From positions 1,832 to 65,831 of the forward strand of contig QZKB01000047.1 of the NCBI GenBank assembly GCA_003599415.1: 64,000 bases of DNA. Reading direction: 5' to 3'. The notes under the pieces are model-generated. The model saw only the letters and a list, made by a program, of their open reading frames with translations. It ran no database searches and was not told where the DNA came from. Source of the stretch: Ignavibacteriales bacterium (lineage in GTDB: Bacteria; Bacteroidota; Ignavibacteria; Ignavibacteriales; SURF-24). The position numbers and the translations under genes were made by a program. Every line of letters begins with the position of its first letter. Position 1 is the stretch's first letter. Shown one piece after another: positions 10,501-19,083 of this stretch.

Positions 10501-12438
10501 AATTCAAAACCAAATGATGCCAGCTCGTTGTCACTTAAAGAAGTTTTTCTAATGGCCACTAACTTAAAGAAGATAGACTTACGTAGTATTACTGATGGAG
10601 CATTTTTAGTTAATACAATTTCCGAAAGTGAAAATATGATTTTCGTAGATTCAAAATTTACTGGTAAAGAAGATGGTCGGCGTAACACACCATTTAATAC
10701 AGTAACAGAAGGAATTAATAAAGCAAAAGAAGGTGATACAGTTTTTGTTTATGGTGGCGACTATAACGAACCAATTATAATGAAAGAAGGCATTCATCTT
10801 ATCGGAAGTGGGGCTTCAGTTACAAAACTAATTTTTTCATTTGATAATATGGCTTTGGGTTTTTATAATATCAAAAATGCTGAAGTAAGTGGATTCACAA
10901 TAAAAACTGACAATACACACTTTTTCACTCCAATGATTGAATGCATTTCTTCTTCTCCTTTAATTAAAAATAACAGATTTGAAGTTGATAAATTATCAGA
11001 TGATTTCATTTCATTATCAAAAGGTTCATCTGCGATATTAGAGAATAACTTTATTAGCAATGTTGCTATAAGTATATCAAATTCAAACCCTATAATAAAA
11101 AATAATATTGTTGAGAATATTGGTTGCGGAATAGGCTCGGAACCATTGATATTAAATAATATTTTTACAGGTTTAATTAGTGGAGAACCATTTGGTGCTT
11201 ACAGATCAAAACCTGTTTTGAGAAATAATCTGATTTATTGTTCCGGTGGTGGAATAGGTATTTCTTTAATTGAATCGGATAGCTCTAAAATTTATAATAA
11301 CCTGGTAATAGATAAAAGTCTAACAGGAACAGGTATTAAATTGATCAACACCTTTAATTCAGAAATTATTAATAATTCACTTATCACTGGTGGGAAAGGA
11401 ATAGAAGAAATCGGTTCCGTTGCCACTTATTATAATAACATTGTAGTGAATAATAATAACTTTGGTCTGTCACTCTCGCTTTCATCATCATACAATTACA
11501 ATGATGTCTGGAATAATTATACTGACTATTTAGGCATAAGTCCGGGGAGTAATGATATTTCTGCCAATCCATTATTTGTTGATACAGCAAAAGGTGATTA
11601 CAGATTATCATTCAATTCTCCGTGTAAAAATGCCGGTCATCCGGATGCAAAATATAATAATCCCGATGGATCAAGGAATGATATTGGTGCATTCGGTGGC
11701 CCGTTTGCTGATTCTACATCGTTAAATTCATCCGGAAGTTCTCTTTCTATTGATTCGTTGAACGCTTCTTCATCTGATACTATAATAGTTTCTATAAGCG
11801 GAAAGGATTTGAAGGACGTGTTGGGACTTGAATTAGCACTATCTTTTGATCCGGCAATACTCAAGTTCATTAATGCCAATGCCGGAAGCACCACTAAAAG
11901 TTTTGCTCTTCAAAAATCTAACTTAGACAACTCTTCTGTGAACCTGTCGTTAACCGGAAGTAAGAGTTTACAAGTAGATAATGGTGAACTGATTAACCTG
12001 GTTTTTAAATCAAAGTTGAACTCATCAATGAACACCACCATACACTTCGATAGTGCAAAGATCAAAGATGGGAATACATTCGTGCGGAACATATTCAACC
12101 TGAAAGACGGTAATATTAAAATTACTTCCGGGATCAATAATTCAGATGATGAATTAATTCCAAAGAACTTTGCTTTATACCAGAACTTCCCTAACCCGTT
12201 TAACCCAACTACAAAAATCAGGTTTGATATTCCTACGGAAGGTAAGGTTACACTTAAGGTTTTTGATATTTTAGGCAGAGAGGTAACTACATTAATTAAT
12301 GAGATTAAGAAACCCGGTAGTTATGAAATTGATTGGAATGCGGGTAAATTATCAGGCGGATTTTCTTCTGGTGTTTATTTCTATCAGCTTAGTACAGCTG
12401 ATTTCGTTCAAACAAGAAAAATGATTTTAATGAAATAG
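7594..12438 (+). CDS. 1614-aa surface protein: N-terminal region, FN3, two [parallel beta-helix + cohesin-like] modules, T9SS tail
   Basis: Signal peptide. FN3-like 'PSEPTNLLATSNHSAIKLSWDKN...YNIYRR'. Two beta-helix blocks each end in 'SPCKNAGHP..Y(N)..DGSRND(L/I)GA(Y/F)GGP'. Two cohesin-like beta-sandwich blocks. Tail 'NFPNPFNPTTKIRF...GVYFYQL'. Confidence 0.7.
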   Translation: MKQLMLLWMLIILIAFSAISYSQSNIRTWTETTVQDFSDDQLLNLVITNNSGGEVQFAHPLIKITEDNIDNSVHRFIERDSSGSFVRARFQSGNVYLDKYSEDGRSLLNSVQVNEQGENPHNDYDIKVAILKDGISIVIWRCTNFYWYGQIFSKLLTKVGSSFRLNESVSEYQACVFADNANHSFGIIYSLNLTTNYKLFFQKRDSSGNKTTESVYLNPDYITKYEFGPTAVSDDKGFWVAWDGADGNSTYDSDLYMRRYTFNGEPIGNAFIVNDNLLMLQGGADLAIDSNSNLFVVWIDERDGIEPITSGQLNIYGQIFNSDGIKIGSNLKLNSFGNRKENTLPDVDYNNGEYKVSWRYWDETYRRYLILKNSWRLEPKDYGEIKSSIFMTDPNGSKFNKIFWKHNNSNQAQIKFKLRTGKTLDDLEESPWYGPTDTLGFYTNSVGENIYDKHYGDNYIQYKAYLYRDSNSSPQLNEVSITYSVTDTISPSEPTNLLATSNHSAIKLSWDKNKENDLMAYNIYRRTEGENYNEDNKFIVQRHELSFIDVSATTGIVYFYVIVAIDSAGNKSDYSNEVYAESFGLCIYVSENGQSIGEGTIDKPFRTIEEGMKNAFYGDTIKILPGSYKDPFTMKEGISLIGSNAEECKINVLVEASNESLIQGLTFTKSIRCSSASPIITENIFKGAFDSYSPAIYLEFSSNPVISKNFITDCDNGIIIYNSKPAIQNNIILVNSVGINLESSATIINNTIIANRFAALNLNSPEKSVIENNILVTLDENAIAYPRSNPDNNLTVFNNFWNKYKTNTIVSSLNTFLDPQFVNIDLQDYHLSETSPCKNAGHPNVTYNDADGSRNDLGAYGGPDPINGSLSSSLIRSIYVSSQSGYPGDTVSVYISLDKIVGLAKAEFVLEYDNSILEFQRAELTQATKDFVLSYSLRSQKEIWFSLSNSTPLNELNKNVLLLKFVVNPNSKPNDASSLSLKEVFLMATNLKKIDLRSITDGAFLVNTISESENMIFVDSKFTGKEDGRRNTPFNTVTEGINKAKEGDTVFVYGGDYNEPIIMKEGIHLIGSGASVTKLIFSFDNMALGFYNIKNAEVSGFTIKTDNTHFFTPMIECISSSPLIKNNRFEVDKLSDDFISLSKGSSAILENNFISNVAISISNSNPIIKNNIVENIGCGIGSEPLILNNIFTGLISGEPFGAYRSKPVLRNNLIYCSGGGIGISLIESDSSKIYNNLVIDKSLTGTGIKLINTFNSEIINNSLITGGKGIEEIGSVATYYNNIVVNNNNFGLSLSLSSSYNYNDVWNNYTDYLGISPGSNDISANPLFVDTAKGDYRLSFNSPCKNAGHPDAKYNNPDGSRNDIGAFGGPFADSTSLNSSGSSLSIDSLNASSSDTIIVSISGKDLKDVLGLELALSFDPAILKFINANAGSTTKSFALQKSNLDNSSVNLSLTGSKSLQVDNGELINLVFKSKLNSSMNTTIHFDSAKIKDGNTFVRNIFNLKDGNIKITSGINNSDDELIPKNFALYQNFPNPFNPTTKIRFDIPTEGKVTLKVFDILGREVTTLINEIKKPGSYEIDWNAGKLSGGFSSGVYFYQLSTADFVQTRKMILMK

Positions 12439-12450
12439 GTCGAGGGGAAG

Positions 12451-14442
12451 ATGAAAACTGTTTTAACATTTGTATTGGTTTTATTATCAAGCATAATTAA
12501 TATTGCTGCGGAAGAGATTTTATACGTTCAGTTCTCTGCAGATACAGTAAAAATCTGGAATAAGACTGAACTAAATTGCTGCTCATTAATAAGGTTTGAT
12601 GTTGAAGTCAGCGAAAACAAAATTAAACTTGTTGAAGTGGATACAGCTAAAAACTGGTGTTACTGTGACTGTAAATTTAATCTCTGCGCCTCATTAACCG
12701 GATTAACACCCGGCAGTTATAAAGTTGATGTTTACAGAAACTTGCCTATAATATATCCAAAAGATTCTCTAATCTTCATTGGCTCGTTGGAGTTCATTTA
12801 TCCAAACAACTTAATAACAGGCTCGTATCAAAGTAAATGTTTAAATCTGACAAAGAGCAATAGTGATAACTTTAATACTGATTCATTGTATATAGAGTTT
12901 GCTGGAGATACTGTAAAAATCTGGGATGCAAATGCTGAAGAAAACTGTTGCGCATTATTCAAAATGGAAGCAGATGTTGATAACACAAACATATTTATAA
13001 CTGAAGTAGACACAACTGCAGATCTATGTAACTGTATTTGTAAATTTAATCTATGCACTATATTAGTTGGATTACAACCGGGACATTATCGTGCAGATAT
13101 TTACAGGTCTCATCCAAAAATTTGGAGTGATACATCCATCTTTATCGGCAGCATTGATTTTGATTATGGACTACGAACTTATTCAACAATAAAGGTGAAA
13201 TCTTACCAAAGCGAATGCTTGAATGAAACAGAAGAAGTAATTTATTCAAACTCATTTGAAACATCGCAGGATACAGTTGGCTGGCAGGGTATTATGGATT
13301 TCAGAAATGATGCTCCTGTAAACGGAGGAAGTCGCTCACTCTTTATTTCGGATGGTTGTATTATTCCTCATGCCTGGGTAAACGCAGTTACAATTGCTGA
13401 AGAAGGTTTATACAGCTTACGATGCTGGGGAAAAAATTTAATGCTTGGCGGGACAATTTATTTACAGGTTGGCAGCCGTAGTCTCGACCGTAGCTACATT
13501 CAGATCGTGGATACTTCATGGACATTTTATGTTAGTCCGGATACACTACTTTGCGTCGAAGGTGACACATTATTGTTAGCAATGTATTCCGGTGGGCTAA
13601 TTCAGAGTGCAATGCTTGTTGACAAAATTGAAATTGCCAGAATAGGAACTCCTGAAGGTCATACTGCAAAATATTGGAAAGACAAAAGTTATTCTTCTGT
13701 TGAAAGATTCTTATCCGGTGCAAAGATTCAGCATATATCTGCCGATAATGTAAATCTTAATGGTGAAGCATTGAGATGGAAGTTCAGGTTTTCAAGATTT
13801 ATAAATGAGAGTTATCCCCTGGAATATATTTACTTGCATAGTAATTATAATGATGTGGTGTACGACAGCATTTCAACTCTACCTTTAGTTGGTGGTCAGA
13901 ATATCATTGATGAATGGATAGACAGTGATGCTGCTATTGAAAAAGCTGAATTGCTTGGTGGCAGTACTTTCAGAAATGATTACCCTGATTATGTTATTAA
14001 CGCCGGGCTTTATCAGGCTTTGGTACCTGATTCATATCCTATTTGGGAGATTATTTCTAAATCACAAAGTGATCCCACTAAAAAACTATCTCTTATTATT
14101 GATGCACGGGATTTAAATACCTGGAATGATCCTGATGATAATTATCCGAAGGAATTTTCTCTTTCTCAAAACTACCCTAACCCGTTTAATCCAACCACAA
14201 AAATAAAATATTCTATTCCTACCTCACCCCAGCCCTCTCCTTACAAAGGAGAGGGAGCAAGGGTGAGGTTAAAGGTATATGATATTTTAGGTAATGAAGT
14301 TGCTACTCTTGTAAATGAAGAACAACCTGCCGGAGAATATGAGGTTGAGTTGGATGGAAGCAAATTTTCAAGCGGGATTTATTTCTATCAACTGAAAGTT
14401 GGAAATTTTATTGAGACAAAAAAATTACTGCTCCTTAAATAG
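12451..14442 (+). CDS. Secreted protein with tandem Cys-rich N-terminal repeats, T9SS cargo
   Basis: Signal peptide. Two repeats of about 100 aa share 'GDTVKIW...NCC..F......I...EVDT....C.C.CKFNLC....GL.PG.Y..D.YR'. T9SS tail 'NYPNPFNPTTKIKY...GIYFYQLKVG'. Confidence 0.6.
   Translation: MKTVLTFVLVLLSSIINIAAEEILYVQFSADTVKIWNKTELNCCSLIRFDVEVSENKIKLVEVDTAKNWCYCDCKFNLCASLTGLTPGSYKVDVYRNLPIIYPKDSLIFIGSLEFIYPNNLITGSYQSKCLNLTKSNSDNFNTDSLYIEFAGDTVKIWDANAEENCCALFKMEADVDNTNIFITEVDTTADLCNCICKFNLCTILVGLQPGHYRADIYRSHPKIWSDTSIFIGSIDFDYGLRTYSTIKVKSYQSECLNETEEVIYSNSFETSQDTVGWQGIMDFRNDAPVNGGSRSLFISDGCIIPHAWVNAVTIAEEGLYSLRCWGKNLMLGGTIYLQVGSRSLDRSYIQIVDTSWTFYVSPDTLLCVEGDTLLLAMYSGGLIQSAMLVDKIEIARIGTPEGHTAKYWKDKSYSSVERFLSGAKIQHISADNVNLNGEALRWKFRFSRFINESYPLEYIYLHSNYNDVVYDSISTLPLVGGQNIIDEWIDSDAAIEKAELLGGSTFRNDYPDYVINAGLYQALVPDSYPIWEIISKSQSDPTKKLSLIIDARDLNTWNDPDDNYPKEFSLSQNYPNPFNPTTKIKYSIPTSPQPSPYKGEGARVRLKVYDILGNEVATLVNEEQPAGEYEVELDGSKFSSGIYFYQLKVGNFIETKKLLLLK
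14221..14269. repeat. GC-rich imperfect palindrome, family 1 (second copy), in frame inside a T9SS sorting domain
   Basis: Differs from 3041-3089 at 2 of 49 nt (my hand alignment). Translated as TSPQPSPYKGEGAR. Confidence 0.85.
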
Positions 14443-14630
14443 AACTGTAACATTTTAAATTTTATGGAAAAGTACATCGCCTTTCAGTAATAAATAAATT
14501 TTCTGCGAAGGAATAATCCTTGTTGTTATTTGTATAAAGTACTCAACTTTTGCACTCCCCTTTTTTTACCTTTATCAATTATTCATAATTTCTATCTTTA
14601 AAAGTGAAAGGAAACAAAAGGAGGTTTATT

Positions 14631-15152
14631 ATGAACATCACAAGATTTCTTGCCCTACGTAATTTATTTTTGTTTTTAACAGGCGCTTTGATTATTTCTT
14701 TTACCGGTTGTACTACACTTGCACTAAAACCCGCTGACTTTGCCTGGCCGGTTGAATCTGTTCTTAAGGTTGATGCCCAGGGCAATGTAACGGAGAACAG
14801 GAATTCTCTTTCATTCAATACTAAAGAGCTTTTCCTGGAAGAGACCGAAGATTCATCCGCATTTCAAAATAAGGAAATCAGACTGATACGCGATGTAAAA
14901 GGTTACTATTACATCACTGCTGATAACTTTAAAAATGTTTATGTGTTTAAAGACGATGACGGTACCCTTTCACTTGAAGACAAAATTCTGGTTTCCGAAT
15001 CCGGCATTAATAACCCGGCTTTTAACCAGAGACAACCGTTTATTGAATTGTTAAATGGTGAAGACAAAATTTTAATAAACAATGATGGAATATCCGATGA
15101 AAAAGAATCGGTTAATAGCTTAACAAAGATGGAGGATGAAAATGAAAAATAA
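14631..15152 (+). CDS. Hypothetical lipoprotein
   Basis: AAGGAGG lies 8 nt upstream of the ATG at 14631 (the ORF track starts at the GTG at 14604). Lipobox-like 'ISFTGC' follows a hydrophobic signal sequence. Confidence 0.5.
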   Translation: MNITRFLALRNLFLFLTGALIISFTGCTTLALKPADFAWPVESVLKVDAQGNVTENRNSLSFNTKELFLEETEDSSAFQNKEIRLIRDVKGYYYITADNFKNVYVFKDDDGTLSLEDKILVSESGINNPAFNQRQPFIELLNGEDKILINNDGISDEKESVNSLTKMEDENEK

Positions 15153-16389
15153 CATCTCATTAATGTTCGTAATGTTATTTCTCTTTTTGGGAATTCAGAC
15201 ATTACAAGCTCAATCTGATTATAAAATAGTGCAGGATTTCCGTGAAAATGTACAGAAGATTCAGCAATCAATAAAGAATGCAGATTCATCAGGTGCAATT
15301 AACCAGATAAACGAAAGCATTGATAAACTTGAAAATGATTTCGCTTCTCACAGAAACCTGCTTGACAAAAGCCTGTACCCTGAAAGTTTTGACGGCACAA
15401 TTAATCTTTTAAAAAATACTACTGAAGCAAGAGAACAGGTTTTTGTACAGGTAGAAGAATTGCATACAATCGTAACGAATCTTAATACTGAGATTGATAC
15501 TTTGAATCAACAGAATGCCGACCTGGAAGCTAAATTGGTTATGCTTGAAAATGAAAACAAAGAAAACGTGGAAAGACTTGAAAAGCTGATTGCACAGTTG
15601 AGAACAGATCTTCAAAGAAGAGACCAGATAGTTATGAATATGATCGATAACATTCTCCCGTCATCTTTCCAGGAAGGTGGCGAGATGAGCACAATTGAAA
15701 AGCAAAACCTTTTATCAAAAACAGTAAAAGAGAAACTGCTTCCGCATATTAGAAAAGCAATAACTGATAACATAAGATTTCTTGAAGCAACAAAATTATA
15801 TGCCGGTGACCTTAGCAAAATTAAAGCACAGCAGGAAAAATTTATGCAGGTATGGAAAAATGTAGGCCCGCAGTTATCAAAAGTATATGCAGAAAAAGGC
15901 AGGAACGTAAAAAATGTAACCGATATTGACCAGGATTTTGCGCTTTGGGACGCGAAAATAAATAACGAAGCCTGGGAATCAATTAACAGTGACTTTGCCG
16001 AAAACAACATTGACCTGCAGCCATTTAGTAACGGCGTCGAATTTACGGCAAGCATTACTTCCTATATCGATGATGCGATAAAGAATAAAGATGAAGCCGG
16101 AAAGACAAAAAGTGAAAGTCTGTATAAGGATTTTAACACTGTTTGGGATGATAAAATTACGGCATCCTGGCTTCCATTCCTTGCCGATAACAAAATGATT
16201 ACAAGGGATCAGAAAATAACAATGGAAGCAAAAATTTCCTCATGGGAAGATGTAATTTATCCTGAAAGCTTTAACTGGATGTATATTGTTGCCGGGGTAT
16301 TACTGCTGGCAATAATAGTGCTTTTCTTTGAGCTTTTAAGTTCAAGAAAGAAAGTAAAGAATTACAACGTTCAGGGGCAGCATTTGTAA
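15136..16389 (+). CDS. Hypothetical coiled-coil protein with signal peptide and C-terminal TM anchor
   Basis: N-terminal signal sequence. Heptad-like region 'LNTEIDTLNQQNADLEAKLVMLENENKENVERLEKLIAQL'. C-terminal hydrophobic helix 'MYIVAGVLLLAIIVLFF'. Confidence 0.45.
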   Translation: MKMKNNISLMFVMLFLFLGIQTLQAQSDYKIVQDFRENVQKIQQSIKNADSSGAINQINESIDKLENDFASHRNLLDKSLYPESFDGTINLLKNTTEAREQVFVQVEELHTIVTNLNTEIDTLNQQNADLEAKLVMLENENKENVERLEKLIAQLRTDLQRRDQIVMNMIDNILPSSFQEGGEMSTIEKQNLLSKTVKEKLLPHIRKAITDNIRFLEATKLYAGDLSKIKAQQEKFMQVWKNVGPQLSKVYAEKGRNVKNVTDIDQDFALWDAKINNEAWESINSDFAENNIDLQPFSNGVEFTASITSYIDDAIKNKDEAGKTKSESLYKDFNTVWDDKITASWLPFLADNKMITRDQKITMEAKISSWEDVIYPESFNWMYIVAGVLLLAIIVLFFELLSSRKKVKNYNVQGQHL

Positions 16390-16401
16390 TTTAGCAAGCA
16401 A

Positions 16402-16421
16402 GGGTGAGAGAATTCTCACCC
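16402..16421. terminator. Bidirectional intrinsic terminator between convergent genes
   Basis: GGGTGAGA-gaat-TCTCACCC followed by TCTTTTATTT. It lies between the stop at 16389 (+) and the stop at 16439 (-). Confidence 0.6.
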
Positions 16422-16438
16422 TCTTTTATTTCTGATTA

Positions 16439-17368
16439 TTACTTCGTTTTAATTTCCGTTTCTATTTTAACCTCCTTAGGTTTCCCTCTTTTAATACACA
16501 CTGCTAAAGTACCAAACACTGCAAAAAGCAACCCGATCATTGCTTTCATATTTAATGATTCACCTAAAAATATCCAGGCAAGTAATGCAATCTGGATTAG
16601 CATAGTATTGTTGATTATACTTGATTCTGCAGCAGTTAAAAATCTTAAAGTATGATTCCAGATTGTAAAAGCAATTGCCGTATTAATTACAGCTAACCAA
16701 ATTATAATCAACCAGGAATTAATCTGAAGCTGCGGAAATCCCTGGTACCATATTCCGCTTATTAAAAGCAAAACCGAACCAACACCCATACTAAGGACAG
16801 TTATTGTCAGTGGACGAAGATTCCCCTTCTTATTAATGCTTCTGCCTAAAATTGATGATAAAGCATTGGCAAGCACTCCTATCAGTACAATTACTAATCC
16901 TATCCATTCACTTTTAGGAAATTGTACCGGGTAAAAATAAATTACTGAACCAACAGTAAATAAAGCTACACCAAGCCATTGCAGTTTCGTTAAACTCTCG
17001 TTCAAAAATAAAATACCTATTACCGCTACTATAATTGTAGTAAAGTTTAACAATAACGTAACTGTAACAGAAGGAAGATAAAATAAACCAAGGAACTGTG
17101 AACCCTGTGTTACAAAATAGAAAAGAATTCCAAGAAATATTATTTTAGTCAAGTCTTTCTTGTTGATCCTGCCTATTTCTTGTTTAAAGTTTTTGGAAAA
17201 AAGAAAAACAATGAACAGACAAATAAAAGCAATTGAATACCGTAAACCCGCAAAAGTTATTGCGGGAATATTCTTCAATCCAATCTTAATAAGCACCCAG
17301 GAAGTGGACCAAAGAAAGGTAACAAACAATGCCTGTAAAACAACTGTAAGATGGGATTTTGATTTCAT
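16439..17368 (-). CDS. EamA/DMT-family transporter
   Basis: About 10 TM helices in two similar halves, about 300 aa. This is the typical EamA-repeat profile. Confidence 0.65.
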   Translation of the reverse strand: MKSKSHLTVVLQALFVTFLWSTSWVLIKIGLKNIPAITFAGLRYSIAFICLFIVFLFSKNFKQEIGRINKKDLTKIIFLGILFYFVTQGSQFLGLFYLPSVTVTLLLNFTTIIVAVIGILFLNESLTKLQWLGVALFTVGSVIYFYPVQFPKSEWIGLVIVLIGVLANALSSILGRSINKKGNLRPLTITVLSMGVGSVLLLISGIWYQGFPQLQINSWLIIIWLAVINTAIAFTIWNHTLRFLTAAESSIINNTMLIQIALLAWIFLGESLNMKAMIGLLFAVFGTLAVCIKRGKPKEVKIETEIKTK

Positions 17369-17373
17369 ATAAT

Positions 17374-18513
17374 TTAGAACCAGTTCTTTCTTTTAAATAA
17401 ATAAAGAAGACTTAACCCGACAATAAACATTACAACAAGAATAAACGGATAACCGTAAAACCAGTTTAGCTCCGGCATATTGTACGGGCTTGCATTCGTA
17501 TTAAAGTTCATTCCGTAAATGCCCGCAATAAATGTTAACGGGATAAATATTGTCGAGATGATTGTTAACACCTTCATCACTTCATTCATCCTGTTGCTAA
17601 CGCTGGAAAGATAAATATCCATCATGCCGGCAATCATTTCCCTGTAGTTCTCCGTTGTATCAATAATTTGTATTATGTGATCATACAAATCTCTAAGGTA
17701 AATTGAAGTACCGTTTTTCATTAATTCAGATTCAATTTTCTCAAGATTATTAATTGCTTCTCTTAGCGGCCAAACAGCGCGCCGGATAAGAATCATATCA
17801 GCTTTAAGACGATAGAGTTTGTGAAGTGTCTCTCTTGCAGGTTTAGCAAGTAGTTCATCTTCAATCTCTTCTATTTTATCGCCAACAGATTCCAACACAG
17901 AGAAATAATTATCGATCACCCAGTCTAAAAGACGGTAGGTTAAATAATCAGTTTTAAACTCACGGATGTGACCTTTATTCTTTCTGATATTTTCCCTTAT
18001 GACTTCGAATTCATCTTTCTCGTCTTCCTGGAAAGACAGGACGAAATTTTTTCCCAACACAAGACTAACGTGTTCAACTTTTAACTGGTTTTCATCATAC
18101 TTAAGAAGTTTAATAACAATAAAAACATATTCACCAAGATCTTCAGTCTTTGGCCGATGGGCAGTATTAAGAATATCTTCTAATGTAAGTGGATTTATTT
18201 TGAACAATTCGCCAAGCTTACCAATTTTATCCGGGTGCTGAATGCCGTCTACATTTATCCAGATTTTCTCATCCGGTTTCAGATATTGTAAAATTTCTTC
18301 CGGCTCAGAGACTATTTTTTCCACATATTGGTCTTTATTGTATGCAATTAAATTGCATTTAAAAATACCAGGTGGTTTTTCACCTGTGTAAATTAGTGTT
18401 CCCGGCGACTGGCCGATTTTCCTGGATGTATTCTTAAGCAGCTTTTTCATAATAATTCTTTGCGGATTTATAGCAGCAGCTTTTCTATAGAAAAAATTTC
18501 TTTTAAGATTCAT
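17374..18513 (-). CDS. corA: CorA-family Mg2+/Co2+ transporter
   Basis: Signature 'YGMNF' lies between two C-terminal TM helices, after a long soluble N-domain. The alternative start at 18450 (MKKLLKN) is equally plausible. Confidence 0.8.
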   Translation of the reverse strand: MNLKRNFFYRKAAAINPQRIIMKKLLKNTSRKIGQSPGTLIYTGEKPPGIFKCNLIAYNKDQYVEKIVSEPEEILQYLKPDEKIWINVDGIQHPDKIGKLGELFKINPLTLEDILNTAHRPKTEDLGEYVFIVIKLLKYDENQLKVEHVSLVLGKNFVLSFQEDEKDEFEVIRENIRKNKGHIREFKTDYLTYRLLDWVIDNYFSVLESVGDKIEEIEDELLAKPARETLHKLYRLKADMILIRRAVWPLREAINNLEKIESELMKNGTSIYLRDLYDHIIQIIDTTENYREMIAGMMDIYLSSVSNRMNEVMKVLTIISTIFIPLTFIAGIYGMNFNTNASPYNMPELNWFYGYPFILVVMFIVGLSLLYLFKRKNWF

Positions 18514-19083
18514 GTCTATACCCGGTCATTTATTTTTTTAACAAAATTTTATTACCTGAGGATCAGGGAATCAAAATCCGGAACCATAAATCCATTAACA
18601 GACAATGTTAAATTGTATTTCATATTTTTGATTTCCGGAATTCATCAATGCTACCTAAAACAAAATCAAAAGTGGATAAAAGATTTAAAAGAATTCAGAT
18701 TTAACAGAATTATTGCGTTTTCAAAATCAATCTCTCTCTATCTGTTGAATTGAGTAAATAATAAATTTATTATGGTACTTTTCTTAGCGTAAGAAAAGTA
18801 CGAAAAGAAACATGCCCTCTAAAAGAAATTCTAAAATTATCCTTCGTTCCGTTACAGAAAAAGAACTCCTCCGGCTAACGCCGGACTCAAACAGCTTTTT
18901 CTGTTTAACACTTCACTACCGATAATTTCTTAACGAATTTCTTTTAATGTGCCTGACTTTTATAAAATTATTTTAGGCACAATTGGAATTCATAATTCTT
19001 TTATCCTTGTGGATTGCATCTTCAACTTAATAGTAACTATATTTGCCGAATATTTTTTTAATGCGAAAGGAAATTATTAAAAG

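Noticed and set aside
9774-12137. Seven minus-strand ORFs of 65-92 aa inside the 1614-aa gene. Similar antisense or out-of-frame ORFs occur throughout the track (for example 2159-2350, 3621-4501, 15409-16055, 25869-26387, 47549-49822, 51176-52310, 55745-57496, 59584-60419).
   Set aside because: Each is fully embedded in a long ORF with clear domain content. Their translations are low-complexity (Leu/Ile/Ser/Phe-rich) and have no recognisable motifs or RBS. This is typical shadow-ORF behaviour in AT-rich DNA.
1-14442. Polysaccharide utilisation locus (PUL) interpretation of the T9SS cargo array.
   Set aside because: I could recognise no SusC/SusD pair, no hybrid two-component or ECF regulator, and no clear glycoside-hydrolase catalytic motif.
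16404-16655. Plus-strand 83-aa ORF, and the 14579-14818, 14939-15298, 17160-17372, 17999-18241, 18460-18753, 20981-21262 and 54718-55104 ORFs.
   Set aside because: They overlap better-supported genes (EamA, lipoprotein, coiled-coil protein, CorA, DUF1003/HAD, GAF kinase) or lie in an intergenic leader. None has any motif support.
18514-19083. M-box (Mg2+) riboswitch upstream of corA.
   Set aside because: I could not recognise any conserved M-box core sequence on the minus strand. Only generic hairpins are visible, and those are reported as an unknown structured element.
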